The notes under the pieces: generated by a model | Database searches by the model: none | What the model was told of the DNA's origin: nothing | The model's input: only the letters and a program-made list of their open reading frames with translations | Position numbers and translations under genes: made by a program | Assembly: GCA_951406725.2 (NCBI GenBank) | Contig: OX597819.1 | Span: forward strand, 98,890,001 to 98,954,000 | Origin: Octopus vulgaris | Lineage: Eukaryota | DNA: 64,000 nucleotides | Reading direction: 5' to 3' | Shown: piece after piece, positions 1 to 17,294 of the stretch | How the letters are laid out: each line of letters begins with the position of its first letter | How positions within the stretch are numbered: position 1 is the first letter of the stretch

Positions 1-72
<72 letters not shown>
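1..72 (+). repeat. (GATA)n microsatellite
   Basis: Perfect GATA run from the window start. Confidence 0.98.
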
Positions 73-74
<2 letters not shown>

Positions 75-284
75 ATAACACATGGATAGATATCCAATCA
101 AGTAGGAAGATGGAGAGAAAAATGTGATGAACTCTGTATTATTATGGTATTTACTGTATGTGAGAAATACAGGCACTATGAAAACTCTGAAGTCACTGTC
201 AATAGATTATTAAAAATATTTGATTTTACAATTATTTTTAAAGTAATTATTCAGTTTTTACGCTTACGAGAAAAAACTTGAAGT

Positions 285-1361
<1,077 letters not shown>

Positions 1362-1789
1362 CAAGAGAGAGTGAGTGAGAAAGCAATGGAAGATCAGATA
1401 CATAGCCTATTAGACAATTTCACAATTCAATTATCAATATTTCTTCTGGTCAAATTTCAACCCTGCCAATCTATAATATACCCCTACAGATGTTTGCGCT
1501 GTTTAATGTACCCTGCCAACACCACTTGCACTAACTGCTGTATAGAGCAACACCACTTCCCCTAACCATTATTCTATACACAGACACTGCACTACGGCTA
1601 CAGCCCTCTCTCTCTCTACCACTATACGTCTGTTCTATAGAACATTGTTAGATACTGCGACTAACTCTAATACACACGGCACATCACACTGCAGTATAAA
1701 CATACATAATAATCTTCCTACCAACCAATACCGGCTACCATCACTATAAGCATCGTAAGCGTCTGCACGAGCACCGGCCACACCACCAT

Positions 1790-1885
1790 GCAAACAAAAC
1801 CACCAGCACCACCACCACTACCACCACCACTACCACCACCACCACCACCACCACCACCACCACCACCACCACCACCACCACCACC

Positions 1886-1949
<64 letters not shown>

Positions 1950-2770
1950 TCACCACCACCAAAACCACCACCACTACCACCAACATCACCACCACCAAAA
2001 CCACCGCCACTACCACCACCAAAACCACCACCACCACAACCACCACCACCACCACTACCACCACCACCAAATCAACAACAACAACAACAACAACGAGACT
2101 AATGGTGACAATAACAACGACGTGAGAAGCATCTAAGTGGCTTCCTCGGCCTATTAGAGATGGCAGCCATGGCACCCTCAAATCGTATTCTGTTCTTTTG
2201 AAGCCAAGACGGACCCATTACGACAATAGAGCTTTGGAATGTTTTTAGATGTCCGCAATCGCGGCTGATAAGGAACTAACCGGCAAAAAAAAAAAAAAAA
2301 ACAGCAGCAGTGGCAGCAGTAGTAGCAACAAAAACAACAACAACAAAAAAGAACGCATTTTACATTAACAATAAACCCTGGGGACGACGACTACGACGAC
2401 GACGACAACCACCACCACCACCACCACCACTAACAACAACAATAACAACACGCTACCCACCCCCTGTCACCATCACCATCACCTCTAGCGCCACCATCTC
2501 CATCGACACCCCCCACTACTCACAGTGTAGTCCTGAAGTTTTATTAGTTGCTTGTTGGGAAGGACAGGATGGTCACGGCTGGAAGAAATTTTGGTCTTGG
2601 GTCTTCGCGGTCATATATATCTAACTTGCAGTATAAACACCACCATCACCATCGCCACACACCGTCACCACTTCAATAAATAGCAGCAACATCATCATCA
2701 TCAGCAGCAGCATCATCACCACCACCACCACCACCATCACCACCATCATCATCATCATCATCATCATCAA

Positions 2771-2808
<38 letters not shown>

Positions 2809-2998
2809 CCACCACCACCACCATCACCACCACCATCACCACCACCATCATCATCATCATCATCATCACCACCACCATCATCATCATCATCAATATCATC
2901 AACATAATCATCATCATCATCATAATCATCATCATCACCACCACCACAACCACCACCATCACCACAACCACCACCATCATCATCATCATCATCACCAT

Positions 2999-3063
<65 letters not shown>

Positions 3064-3380
3064 ACAGCAGCAGCAGCAACAACACCAACACCAACACCAA
3101 ACATCATCGACATCAGCAACAACAACAGCAACCAACGATGGCGACGATGGCGACGATAGCGATGGCAGCAACAACAAACATCACAACAACATCCCTAACA
3201 ACAGTCATAAATTCATCCATAACAACAACAACAACAACAACGACAATAACATCACAAACGATGACAGCCTCTTCAGTGGCAGTAGCAGCAACAGCAACAA
3301 CAACAACAACAACAGCAACAACAACCATAACCATCAACGCAATTATAGCTACAACGACACAAACAACAATAACAATACTG
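1790..3380 (+). repeat. Compound triplet microsatellite field (CCA/CAA/CAT/CAG/CGA)n
   Basis: Mixed triplet runs. ORFs in all frames are homopolymeric (poly-P/T/H/D/M). Confidence 0.92.
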
Positions 3381-3699
3381 ATACAATTAGAGTGTGATAT
3401 CTACACACCATGTCATTATAGATCATAGATACTAAAGTGCGTATACATCCGCATAACGTACTATTATATATATACACTGGCATTAACAGAAATAAATATA
3501 CACATGCGCTACCGCAATACTAAATTCCGAAACTCTTGTTACTACATAAACACACAACACACCAACAGGTCTAAGATGAATGCATAGATACATACAGTCA
3601 TTCATATAATCAAGTATACACACACACACACACACACACACGCACGCACACACACACACACGCACGCACACACACACATTTTATTAATAAAGCTGCAAA

Positions 3700-3770
3700 G
3701 ATATCACAAAAACTGTTACTCAGAGTTTCACGTTCTCGCTCGTCAGGAGTCATAGTTTTTGTGGTGTCTT
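3700..3770 (-). ncRNA. Hammerhead ribozyme-like motif (type I, Penelope-like terminal repeat)
   Basis: Minus strand: CTGACGA-GCG AGAA CGT-GAA-ACTC T GAGT-A, with a long stem I formed by atatcacaaaaactgt / atagtttttgtggtgt and a 6-nt bulge next to the core. Confidence 0.6.
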
Positions 3771-4286
3771 CTCTTACCTCCGGTATTCGAGTACTATTTT
3801 TTTCTACCTTGTTTTACATTTATGTGCTTACTCTGGCATACATACATACATACATAAATACATACGTACTCATATACATACACACATACACATATAAATT
3901 ATCAAGGTGGGCATTCGCAATTTACAACAGAAAGCTAAGTAAAGTCGTCACTAAAGTGACGAATCAAGTATACATACATGCATATATATATATGTGTGTG
4001 TGTATGTATATATATGTGTGTGTGTATATATATATATGTATATATTTATATGTGTATGTATGTATGTATGTATGTATATGTAAACATGAATACATAGACA
4101 CACACATATGAATATGCATGTAAACATGGAAACAGCTTAATGTAAACTGGCACATATTTTCATTTCCTTTATTTCATTTATGCGTTTCACCCATGCGGCT
4201 ATGGTCATGCTAGAGCACCACCGTGACATTGTACCTTTTCCACTGTCCTATCGCGGTTGATTTCATAAGGGTGGTAAAATAATGCG

Positions 4287-4358
4287 TTCCCATGCCAGAA
4301 ATTGATCCCGAGCCGCCTTGGTGAAAGTCAGGAATTCTAGTCGCTAGAGAAACATTTC
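4287..4358 (-). pseudogene. Degenerate tRNA-Glu(TTC)-derived sequence (pseudogene or SINE head)
   Basis: Minus strand reads TCTAGCGACTAGAATTCCTGACTTTCACCAAGGCGGCTCGGGATCAATTTCTGGCATGGGAA, collinear with eukaryotic tRNA-Glu. The acceptor stem and T-loop are mutated. Confidence 0.7.
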
Positions 4359-4524
4359 CATAAACATATATAGATTTATAAATACATTCAAATGAATCGC
4401 ACAAATACAAACTCGTATACATACATGCATACATACATACATACATACATACATACATACATACATACATACATACATACATACATACATACATACATAC
4501 ATACATACGTACGTACGTACATAC

Positions 4525-4709
4525 TCGATCGCTAGCTACTAAAGCTTTCTTTATTCTCTCTCTGTTTATTTTCTCGTGTTCCTTTCTGTTGAAGAGCGAA
4601 GGCTCGAAACGTAAAAGACTTTCCCACCTTCCCGAGCGTTAAACTAATACACCTGTTTGTTGTTTATACACCTTTCTTCGTCTTTTGGTCTTTGTTTTTT
4701 GTAAATTCC

Positions 4710-4712
<3 letters not shown>
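4525..4712 (+). mobile_element. Penelope-like terminal repeat fragment carrying a hammerhead variant (4581-4618), abutting (TA)n
   Basis: CCTTT CTGTTGAA GAGC GAAG GCTC GAAACGTA AAAGA. Homologous to the copies at 20085-20280 and 62990-63130. Confidence 0.65.
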
Positions 4713-6620
<1,908 letters not shown>

Positions 6621-6770
6621 TATAAGTAGATTGAGAGTGTCATAGATTGACAGATAGCTACATAAATAAATAGTCAGATACATAGAAAGACAGTTGTTTA
6701 TTTGCATATCTACTAAATTTTTGACTCAAATGAACACAATAAAAAGAAAATTAAGGTTTCAGCTTCCTAC

Positions 6771-7440
6771 CTGCCTGGCATTCCTGGTCGACTCCGAAAA
6801 CAAGGCATATCATTAGAAACACTGAAAAATACATAAGCCGAAAACGATAACCCTTTGCTTAAAAAAGGGCCCCGTGCTTTCTTGTAATTGTGTTCCTTTC
6901 TTCGTTAGATTATTTATCTCCGTTTGTTGCTGTGGATCGTGCTGTTTTTTTTTTTTTTTTTTTTTTTTTTTTTCCTGTTTAATTTTTTTTTATGGGATTA
7001 AATCACTCCTTAAGGCTGGTCTGAAAAACCTTTCAGATAACTTTGGAAACATTGAGGAAGTTAGCAAATAGCCAAACAAATAAAAAAAAAAATTTATATT
7101 AAAAATATAAAACAAATCGAAGAAATAAAAACTAAATCTCCAGCGGATGTCGGCGGCGACGGCTGCGGCTGCGAGTGGGAACTGAACGCCGGCTACATAG
7201 GTCCGCAGCTATTTGCTTGACGAGGCACATGCAGCAAGGGGGAACCGACAGCTAACGGAGAGACAGACGGCTGGCTGCTTGCTGCTGCTGCCTTGTGCCT
7301 TACGGGCAAGGGCGAATAACTCTGTAAACGTTCAGTTTGCCTGTGTACTGCTGCCTTACGACAAAAACCACGCCACCGCCGCTACTCTTTCACACCTCGG
7401 CTTTCGTTTTTTTTCCTCCACAACCTCCTTCCTCCCATGA
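6771..7440 (-). other. Candidate first exon (5'UTR plus short coding start) of a minus-strand host gene
   Basis: Non-repetitive sequence with a locally GC/CpG-rich stretch (7140-7440). Donor-like CAG|GTAGGA at 6771/6770. ATGs at 6813 (MICLVFGVDQECQA, phase 1) and 6808 (MPCFRSRPGMPG, phase 2). No homology support. Confidence 0.35.
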
Positions 7441-7484
7441 CACCCGTCGACCCCTTTCTATTTTCTCTATTCTCTCACGGTTTA

Positions 7485-7542
<58 letters not shown>

Positions 7543-7696
7543 TAACTTCTGCATCATCATCATCATCGTCGTCATTATCAACATCATGATCATCATGATC
7601 ATCATCATCATCATCATCTCGTCATACGCACGCGCATACATAATACTGCTGTCACATTTCCCAGGTTCTGAATATCGTTCTTTCATTCTCTCTCTT

Positions 7697-7736
<40 letters not shown>

Positions 7737-7850
7737 ATTCTCTCTCTTTCTTTCATTCTCTCTCTTTCTTTCATTCTTTCATACTCTTTTGCGTATTGTC
7801 ATTGTAATTTTTCTAATCTATTTTACAGTTTATTTGTGCATGTATATATA

Positions 7851-7886
<36 letters not shown>

Positions 7887-8037
7887 TGTATGTATGTATG
7901 TATGTATGTGTGTATGTGTGTATGTATGCATGTATGTATGTATGCATGTATGCATGTATGTACTTGTGTATATGTATGCATATTTATGTATACACAAACA
8001 CTGCAAATATATAGATATGCAGATACCCACATATACA

Positions 8038-8123
<86 letters not shown>

Positions 8124-8540
8124 TCTAAACGAGCATACATGTGTCTATGCTTTTATATAATATACAAACAATCTTACACATGTACACACATACACATATA
8201 TGCTGATATATATATATATACACACATACATGTAGATGGTGTACATGTTGGATGCGCAATGTGTGTGTGTATGTATGTATGTGTGTATGCGTGTATGCGT
8301 GTGTATATGTATGTATGTATGTATGTATGTATATGTAGTCTGTGTTTATGTGTGTGTGAGTGTGTTGCATTCTTTTATTCTTTCACTTGTTACAGTCATC
8401 TGGCTGCGGCCATGCTGGAGCACCGCCTTTTTTGTGATGCATGCAATTTATGTTCATATATTACGAAACGCGATTGTGACAGTCGCAGCTGTAGCGGCTG
8501 CAACAACAACAACAACAACAACAGCAGCATCAACAACAGC

Positions 8541-8577
<37 letters not shown>

Positions 8578-9309
8578 GCAACAACAACAGCAACAACAAC
8601 AAAAGCAGCTGCAATTGAAACGGTTAGAGAAAACACGAGCAACATTAATATAAACAGTTGCGAAAAATTAAAGGTGCATATTTGTGCAGCAGCAGCTATC
8701 GCTGCAGTAATTGCAACACAGCCACCAGCAGCAGCACCACCAGCAGCACCACCAACAACAACAACAACAGTAGCAAACACGGACAACGAAGCCTCGTAAC
8801 AACTGTAACAGCAAATAACTCCGTCGACGTCGTCATTACAACTACTACCACCATTACCACCACCACCACCACCACCACCACCACCATCATCATCATCATT
8901 ACTGTCATCATCTTCACCATGATTACCATCAGCTGCAATATCAACTACAGCAGCAAGAGAAGGTAAGCTCTTATGCTAGAGATAACAGTCAAACCTGTCT
9001 CACTCACATCGCACCGTACCCGCCTTTCAGTGCACAGTGCATGATGAACATATTAAATAATTAATGCATAGTTTTGAGATGAAATATGTAAAAAGTAAAA
9101 AAAGGAAGATGGAATGGCCACAGTTGGAGCGACTTTATTTCATCGACATGCTTTATTACGTCTGAACCGGGAGGGGCCGGGTTAAATCGCAACAACAGTA
9201 ATAACAACAAGTGTTCCGAGCGCTTCACTCTGTTTTTGACAACTAACATGTGTCTGTCGGTATCGAAAGCTGTAGTAGTAGTAGTAGCAGTAGTAGTAGT
9301 AGTAGTAGC

Positions 9310-9366
<57 letters not shown>

Positions 9367-10272
9367 AGTAGCAGTGGTGGTGGTGGTGGTGGTGGTGGTG
9401 GTGGCAGTAGTAGTAGTAGTAGCAGCAGCAGCAGCAGAGCAGCTGTAGTAGTGATAGCAGCAGCAGTAGTAGTAGCAGCAGCAGCAGCAACAAATAACAA
9501 TATGAATAATGCAACAAGGACAACGTCAACAACAAACAACAATATAAACAGCACCGATAACTGCAGTAGTAGCTGTAACAACAACAACAACAACAACAAC
9601 AACAAGGGGACGAACAATAATAATATGAACAACAATAACAATAGAAGTAATAACAGCGATAACAGGAGCAGCACCACCACCAACAACAACAACAACGGAG
9701 AACAATACGAATAGTAATAGTAACATCGCCACTGCCGCCGCCGCCGCCACCACCACCACCACCACCGACACCAGCAGCAACAACAATAACAGCATCAACG
9801 CACCAATATAGGACACTATATGGTTAGTCGAACTGTTGGAAATAGCTGCCAAATCGCCCTCAAAATCGCACCATATATTTATTGCCCGTTAAACAACAAC
9901 AGCGATGAAAACATTGGTTACTGCGGTGCTCGGTTTCCTAAATACTCAGAGGTGGTCACGGTTGTATTATCTCTGGACACACGTCTGATTGACCAGGGAT
10001 TGATCCGGAGCTAAACAAAAGAAAGCAAGCAAACAACAACAATAACAATAACTTCGGCAGTACTACTGCTAACCTCACAACCACCACGACCACCACGACC
10101 ACTACCACCACGACCACTACCACTACCACCACCACCACCACCACTGCCACTGCCGCCACCACCACCACCACCACCACCACCACCACCACTACCACCACCA
10201 TCCCTACCACTAGCGCCGCCATCAACATCACCACTATTAACAACAACTACACTTACTACAACTACTACTACA

Positions 10273-10316
<44 letters not shown>

Positions 10317-10435
10317 AATGCTATGATGATGATGATGATGATGATGATAATGATGATGATGATGATAATAATGATGATGATGATGAATGATGATGATGAT
10401 GATGATGATGATAATGATGATGATGATGGTAATGA
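7485..10435. repeat. Microsatellite field: (CTA)n, (CAT)n, (CT)n, (TATG)n, (CAA/CAG)n, (GTA/GTG)n, (GAT)n
   Basis: Directly visible, with short degenerate repeat fragments between arrays. Confidence 0.9.
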
Positions 10436-10559
10436 TGCATGTTAATGCTTTTGCATGCTGCAGTTGTTGTTGTTGCTATAGTGACAGCCATTCTATTGTT
10501 AATGCATATACTCGTCGTCGAGGATATTAGTTATCTTTATCGATATTGTTTATGTTCCA

Positions 10560-12500
10560 GTCGGAAAGCCTAGTCGAAAAGACCGAGATAAATCGTTTGT
10601 CACAAACTCATCAATGAAACCCCAGAGATGTACCGTGACCCAGAAGTCGTTGTCGAGTTTTCCCACCACCTTTTATGCCCTCCCACCACCACCGCCACCA
10701 TCAGCTTGTTGATGTCAAGCGTAATTCACAGACAGCAACATGATTCGACATGTTTTTCTCCAAAACTTATTATTTGCTATGCTGGGAAGAGGGCATTGTC
10801 TTCATAATGGAGTCACAAACGGATTTCATTGGTGTATTCGTTGGGCAGTGACGTTCTGTATGTTAAGACTACAGGATCTGGTTGAGCACTACGGTGCTAG
10901 GGCCTCCTTTTTACACGCCCTTGGTATCAGATTTTTTTTTTTTTTTTACCAAAGATAGTCTGGATTTTTGTTAATGGATTTTGTTTCTCTGACTACATCA
11001 GTGATGTTCAGATTCGGTTGCATTTTTGTTTAATGAAATCTCTCATAGAGAATGATATTCCATCATAGAATTACAGACGTGGACAAAGTGTCGACATGGT
11101 TTAATGTACAACCTGAACCACCCACATTTTGTTCTGAACCTCCAGTTACAGACGAGATGCTGCAGAGATTGGTGAAGGACAAGATTGTCTTTGTTATGAG
11201 TAAGAAGAAAAGCATCGGAAGCGGTTTGCAGATCAGATTCACATAAAAAGGAAGAGTTTTGTGATCAGTATGTATTATCTCGCGCATCGTTGTCATATAT
11301 AAACAGTTTGTCGATTTAAGTCGGAGTAGACATAAACGTTCTCCATCGTATCTGTATTCAAATGCATGCCCAAACTTGAATTCAATGTTTATTTTCAACA
11401 AAGCAATCGATGATTTGGACATCGGGAGAAAGTTTACCGCTGTAAGACACTGGAACAGATTTGACTGAATCTTTCCATTGAAAAGGTCAGGGCATCCAGT
11501 TTTTTTTCTTTGCATCAGACAGGGCTGGAAATTATATCAAAGACTAAAAAGATCATAGATGAAAAGAGTCGGTCTCTGATTTTTTTCCTGATGTCGTCTG
11601 GTAGCAAAAGATAAATCCATCATGCCTGGTTGAGAAGAAACCACATTGTGACTTTACAAAAGTTGGTTAAATCGGATCAGCAGTATTGGAGATAAGAATT
11701 TACCAGCTTATGATACTGAAGGGATTTTTCCGTAATTTCTACATATCACATGGTCACATTGCTTGCAAATGGTTGCAATGTTGAGAGATTCTCGCTTCGA
11801 AATTCATAGAATGCAGATAATGGAGATTAACTTCCAGTGATTGTCTTCCTTGTTTGTAGGAATAAAATCAGGACCAGGGGCTTGTTGTCAAACTTTTAGT
11901 AGCTGTCAGTGTTCAGCCCCTTGCTAGTCGGCGGTGGTGACATCCATTTTTTCTAGGAAAATATTAGAAAATCAACATGGTAGTTATAAGTAGAAATAGG
12001 TGTTCTGTCCAGTAGGCTGTGGAAATGTTCACTCAAGTAGTTCGAAGTTGCTTTGTTATCTGTCAGAAAATTTCGTCTCCTGTTTTCAGTGACGTTGGTA
12101 CTGTTTTGGCTGGGTCATAGATAACACAGCAATGATATCACGCATATGATGTTGATCGATTTAAATTTGGATTTCATTAACTTTGGATTGTCATCAGTCA
12201 TATCGGATTCTGCGGATTTATTTGAACATTCCGCCTTAAGACGTTAATAAATGTCTTCGATATTGGATTGATTTTCATTTTCTCTAACAACTTTGGTGTT
12301 CTGGAATCTTGATTTGCCACCTTCAACTTTCGTTGAGTGTTACTAATGATAGCTAGATAAAGGACCTTGGAAGATATTTTTTATGAGATGATCCTTGCCT
12401 TGGTTTAGGTGCGGATCCTTCACCAGCTTCGATTATGCAGCAAACCACACACTTGGACATTTGTTTTCATACTTCTCACTTAAAAGAAAATATATCCGCG
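10560..12500 (-). mobile_element. Highly degraded RTE-type (BovB-like) LINE
   Basis: Minus-strand remnants: SQCGF near 11650, HQEK, KTGCPDLF, and YRYDGERLCLLRLKS...TMREIIHTDH, which resembles RTE YRTDGKLFNLRRLKA...RELLFADD. Many stops and frameshifts. Confidence 0.6.
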
Positions 12501-13149
12501 ACCAGTTTTTACTACTTGACCCTTAACTGTTAGTCTGGCTACAGTAAGTAAAACGGTGTCAAAGGTGAAACTTAGTAGTTGTATAGTGATGAGAGTAATT
12601 GGAGGTCTTGCTTTTCGATGTTCCCCTTATCTTGTAGAGTTTGACTACTATATGTTCCAGCGAAAGATTGTTGCAACTGCAACATGGATACCTTACTTGA
12701 TGGGGTTTTCTATTAAAAACTTGGAGAGAGGCAATTTTTAGATCAACCTTTCTAGGTCGTTCCTCGCCGTGTGCGTGTATGTGTGTGTGAGCGTGATTGT
12801 GTGTGTGTGTGTATGTGTGTGTGTGTGCGCGCACGTCTGTATGCGTACGTGGATATGGGTTTCCTTAGCCGTCCTCATCAAAAAAATATTTATTGAGTCC
12901 AGGCGTTATAGATTAGCCGTAAAGAATACTTTCGTATAAGATGCCCCTGTATGAAGCTTGTTTCCATCAGTTTTCGTAGGTAGTTATTGAACTTTGGAAA
13001 ATGAGTTAAAATCCTGAGGTTACTCGCCAGGGGACTTTGACATATGCGGGTAAAGCTTCGGGAGAAAATATCGTGAGTTCGAACTCATAATGCTTCATTT
13101 TCAACCTCCTTGTAATTATCGCGTGAGTGTTGAGATGACACGTGAGTGC

Positions 13150-13346
13150 AGAGAAGAAAATTCTAACTGTGCCCCACCTGCAAGGTCATGCGGTGTTTAT
13201 CTTGGTATGAGATCACCGTGTCGCGCACATAGTTCTGATGCATGTGCCTGGTGTACCCTTATCAGACGGCTAGTTCTGATGGGTATACTGGGCTTCGTAT
13301 ATTTTATCCCAGTGTTACTTTGAAGGCATGCACTGCTCTATAACTC

Positions 13347-13347
<1 letters not shown>
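13150..13347 (+). mobile_element. 3' end of a (TAA)n-terminated non-LTR element, homologous to 14172-14370
   Basis: Shared sequence gaaaattctaactg..ccccacctgcaaggtcatg...gcatgcactgctct..actc, followed by (AAT)n. Confidence 0.75.
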
Positions 13348-13427
<80 letters not shown>

Positions 13428-13428
<1 letters not shown>

Positions 13429-13817
13429 GAGAAATCAAGGTTAATAGACCGGATATAGTTGTCAAAGATCTCGAAGAAAAAAATGCCTTTTTACCGATGT
13501 ATCAGTACCAACAGATGACAATATATATCTAAAAGAAGCGATGAAACTCTCAAAAGACAAAGATTTAGAAACAGAGGTAACGCGAATGCAGAGCCTAAAA
13601 ACAGAAACAAATCCTATAATAATAGGTACATTAGGTATGCTTAAAAAGCATTCAGACAAACGCATAACCAAAACATCAAGACTTACGGATTTATATAAAA
13701 TACAGACAATAGCACTACAAGACATCCTACGTAAGCACCACAACAAACCACTGCACATACCCAAGGCACACAGAGCTACGCAATGAAAGCTGAAAGCAGG
13801 CGATAAAAATAAGACTA

Positions 13818-13821
<4 letters not shown>
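13428..13821 (+). mobile_element. Dong/R4-like element 3' fragment (RLE endonuclease)
   Basis: NRPDIVVKD...DVSVP...KLSKDKDLETEV...PIIIGTLG (PD-D RLE motif). Flanked on both sides by (AAT)n; ends in actactgaat(aat)n. Confidence 0.85.
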
Positions 13822-13895
<74 letters not shown>

Positions 13896-13896
<1 letters not shown>

Positions 13897-14370
13897 TCTT
13901 GGTATAAAAGATGGGCTACAGCAAATATTCTGCTCAATACCACAGATTTGCTTGTCAGTTGCTTGACCTTAACCAGTTGAGCATGTCCCTTAGTGGCTGA
14001 CGATATGTGCATCTCTGATCACGAGCAGAAGTAGTGGGGGAGCATCATAGCCATGTGTTGAGAGGGATTCTTTGGGGTTTGAATAGTTCACCTCTGGAAA
14101 CATGGGTGGTTCTTTCAACATCCTTAAACAACCCTTATTCAGGGACCTTTTGAGCGGGATGGGCTACTCAACCTGAAGAAAATTCTAACTGGGCCCCACC
14201 TGCAAGGTCATGTGCTGTTTATCTTGATATGAGATCACCATGTCGCGCACATATTGTTGTGATGCATGTGCCCGGTGTACCCTTATCAGACGGGTAGTCA
14301 TGATGGGTATATTGGGCTTCGTATATTTTACCCCTGTGTCACTTTGATGGCATGCACTGCTCTCTCACTC
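13896..14370 (+). mobile_element. Non-coding 3' segment of a (TAA)n-targeting retroelement
   Basis: 475 bp between two (AAT)n arrays; its 3' 200 bp match 13150-13347. Confidence 0.7.
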
Positions 14371-14410
14371 AATAATAATAATAATAACAATAATAATAAT
14401 AATAATAATA

Positions 14411-16974
14411 ACTATAGACCCATAACCTGCTTAACAACTATGTATAAAACACTAACATCTGTCCTGACGGAATATACCTATAGTTTTTTGACAGACAGCA
14501 GCATATTCCCTAATGAACAGAAAGGATGTAAACGTGGATCCTACGGTTGTAAAGATCAACTACTCATCAATAAGATGATCTTAGAAGATTGTCACAAACG
14601 ACACAAAAACTTATCAATAGCCTGGATAGACTATAAAAAGGCTTTTGATAGCCTACCACATAGCTGGATTAAGAAATGCCTAGAAATCTATAAGATAGCA
14701 CCTACTCTGTGAAACTTTTTGTCTGTAAGTATGAGATCATGGAGAACCACACTAACTTTGAACAGCGACAATGAATCTCTAAATGATGGTGATGTAAAAA
14801 TTTCATGTGGCATTTTCCAGGGTGACTCACTATCAAACTTCTCTTCTGTTTAGCCTTAATACCTCTCTCAAAACTGCTCAATGACGCGCAGTACGGATAT
14901 AAAATGTTTGATAAAAACATAAATCATCTCATTTACATGGATGATTTAAAGCTCTTTGCAAAAAATGACCAACAACTCAAGGGCTTACTGGCGATTGTCA
15001 AACAATTCAGTGATGACATCAGAATGCAATTTGGCCTCGATAAGTGTGCAAAAGCTACCTTTATCAAAGGAAAAATGACAGAAACATCTAACGTTAACCT
15101 TGACCAGCAGAATGTCATAAAATAATTAGACCCAGCGGAGAACTACAAGTATCTAGGGGTAATTGAAAGAGACGGAATAAGGCATTCAGAGATGAAGGAA
15201 AGGATCAGGAGAGAATGTTATCGCAGAGTAAGAGCAATACTCAAGACAGAGCTGAATGCGAGAAACAGGATCGAAGCGATCAATGCATTAGCCATACCAG
15301 TCGTGACTTACAGTTTCAATATCGTTAACTGGTCAATTACTGAAATATGTAATCTTGACAGAAAAAGGCCGTGGACTTTTACAACTGGCAATAACAATGA
15401 AGATTGCTACAATTGGCCTAGACACCTACCTGAAAAACTCTGAGGACTGGATGTTAAAACTTGTCTCAAAACATGAAAACAAGAAAGCATCAAACTCAGT
15501 AACAAAACAGGCAAAGGAATACCTAAGTGAATTCCGAATACAACAAATTTCGGAATTAGAGATAGACATAGGAGTGGTTGTGTGGTAAGTAGCTTGCTTA
15601 CCAACCACATGTTTCCGGGTTCAGTCCCACTGCGTGGCATCTTGGGCAAGTGTCTTCTGCTATAGCCTCGGGTCGACCAATACCATGTGAATGGATTTGG
15701 TAGACGGAAACTGAAAGAAGCCTGTCGTATATATGTATATATATATGTGTTTGTGTGTCTGTGCTTGTCCCCCCACCATCGCTTGACAACCGATGCTGGT
15801 GTGTTTACGTCCCCGTCACTTAGCGATTCGGAAAAAAGAGGCCGATAGAATAAGTACTAGGCTTACAAAGAATAAGTCCCGGGGTCGATTTGCTCGACTA
15901 AAGGTGGTGCTCCAGCATGGCCGCAGTCAAATGACTGAAACAAGTAAATGAGTATACAAGAAACAAGCACAGAAAAAGCTAAGCGCATGAAAACCCGTGC
16001 TAAATCTGCGGCCTTAGATATTCTGAATGATAAATGGCAAGAAAAACCTCTCTATGGCAAATACCCAAAGAGAGCGAATAATGCAGATGTTGTCAAAGCC
16101 CTGTCCCATCAATGGCTAATGGCCTCTGGCTTAAAATCTGAAACAGAGGGGTTTATCATAGCAGCTTAAGATCAATGCCTACCAACAAGCAACTACCAGG
16201 CCAACATATTAAAGATCAGCAGCAGTCCAACGTGTCGTGTATGCCAGCAACAAAATGAAACCATTGATCATGTGGTTTCCAAGTGCAGTCTTCTAGCGCC
16301 TACAGAGTATCTCAACAGGCACGATAGAGCTGCACAATATATTCACTGGGTAATCTGCAAAAACCTGGATTTGCCCCATGAAAAAAACTGGTGGGAACAC
16401 AAACCACCCCCTGTGCTTGAAAATGACCACACCTCACTCCTCTGGACCTTCACCATTCAAACTGACAGAAAGATAGATGCAAATAGGCCAGACATCATAT
16501 TGAAAGACTTCAAACAAAGAACATGCCTTCTCATTGATATGACTGTCCCAATCGATATAAACGTATCTGTCAAGACCTACCAAAAACTGAGTAAATATAA
16601 AGATATTGAAATAGAAATCAGCAAAATGTGGAACCTGAAGACTAAAACAATACCTGTTGTCATAGGTGCCCTGGGGATGATAGCAAAAGGGGCTGATAGC
16701 TACCTAACTCAGATACCAGGAAACCCCAAAATGGCAGAAATTCAAAAGATAGTGCTCATGGGAACTGCTCATATCCTACGCAAAATACTTTCTATGTAAT
16801 CTCAAGGTTTAAAACAAACATTTTTTTTTAGACATCCACCAGTACAACACAAAAAACAACCAAATATATGGCACACTAGGCATAACAACAACGTGAACTT
16901 CCAGCCTGTTGTCTCTTGATGTCTCCGGGTGAGACTTGGAGCCAACTTGTACAAATATAAAGCAAAAGTCAAAC

Positions 16975-16977
<3 letters not shown>
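14411..16977 (+). mobile_element. 5'-truncated Dong/R4-clade non-LTR retrotransposon (RT, CCHC, RLE), disrupted
   Basis: NYRPITCL, EQKGC, AWIDYKKAFDSLPHSWI, GIFQGDSL, HLIYMDDLKLFA, FGLDKCA, YKYLG, CRVC..ETIDHVVSKC, RPDIILKD..LIDMTVP..KLSKY, stop at 16799. Flanked by (AAT)n. Carries stops, frameshifts and a SINE insertion. Confidence 0.93.
15569..15953 (+). mobile_element. SINE, abundant family A (tRNA-like head, internal TA/TG microsatellite) inserted in the Dong ORF
   Basis: taggagtggttgtgtggtaagtagcttgc...gactgaaacaagtaaa. The Dong reading frame resumes after it. Confidence 0.9.
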
Positions 16978-17033
<56 letters not shown>

Positions 17034-17039
<6 letters not shown>

Positions 17040-17294
17040 CAGAAACAATTCCTATCATAGTAGGTGCATTAGGAATGATAAAAAAATATTCAGACAAATA
17101 CATAACAAAAACACCAGGACTTACAAACACATATAACATACAGAAAATTGCACTACTAGGCACTGCACACATCCTACGCAGAACACTTTCCATACAATAA
17201 CCATCAGAGCATCGCAACAAATCACAGCACATACCCAAGGCACACAGAGCTGCGCTCGGTAGTGAAGTGAAAGCACGCTATAAAAATTAAACTA

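Noticed and set aside
4287-4358. Functional tRNA-Glu gene
   Set aside because: The acceptor stem does not pair and the T-loop reads GATCAAT rather than GTTCGA.
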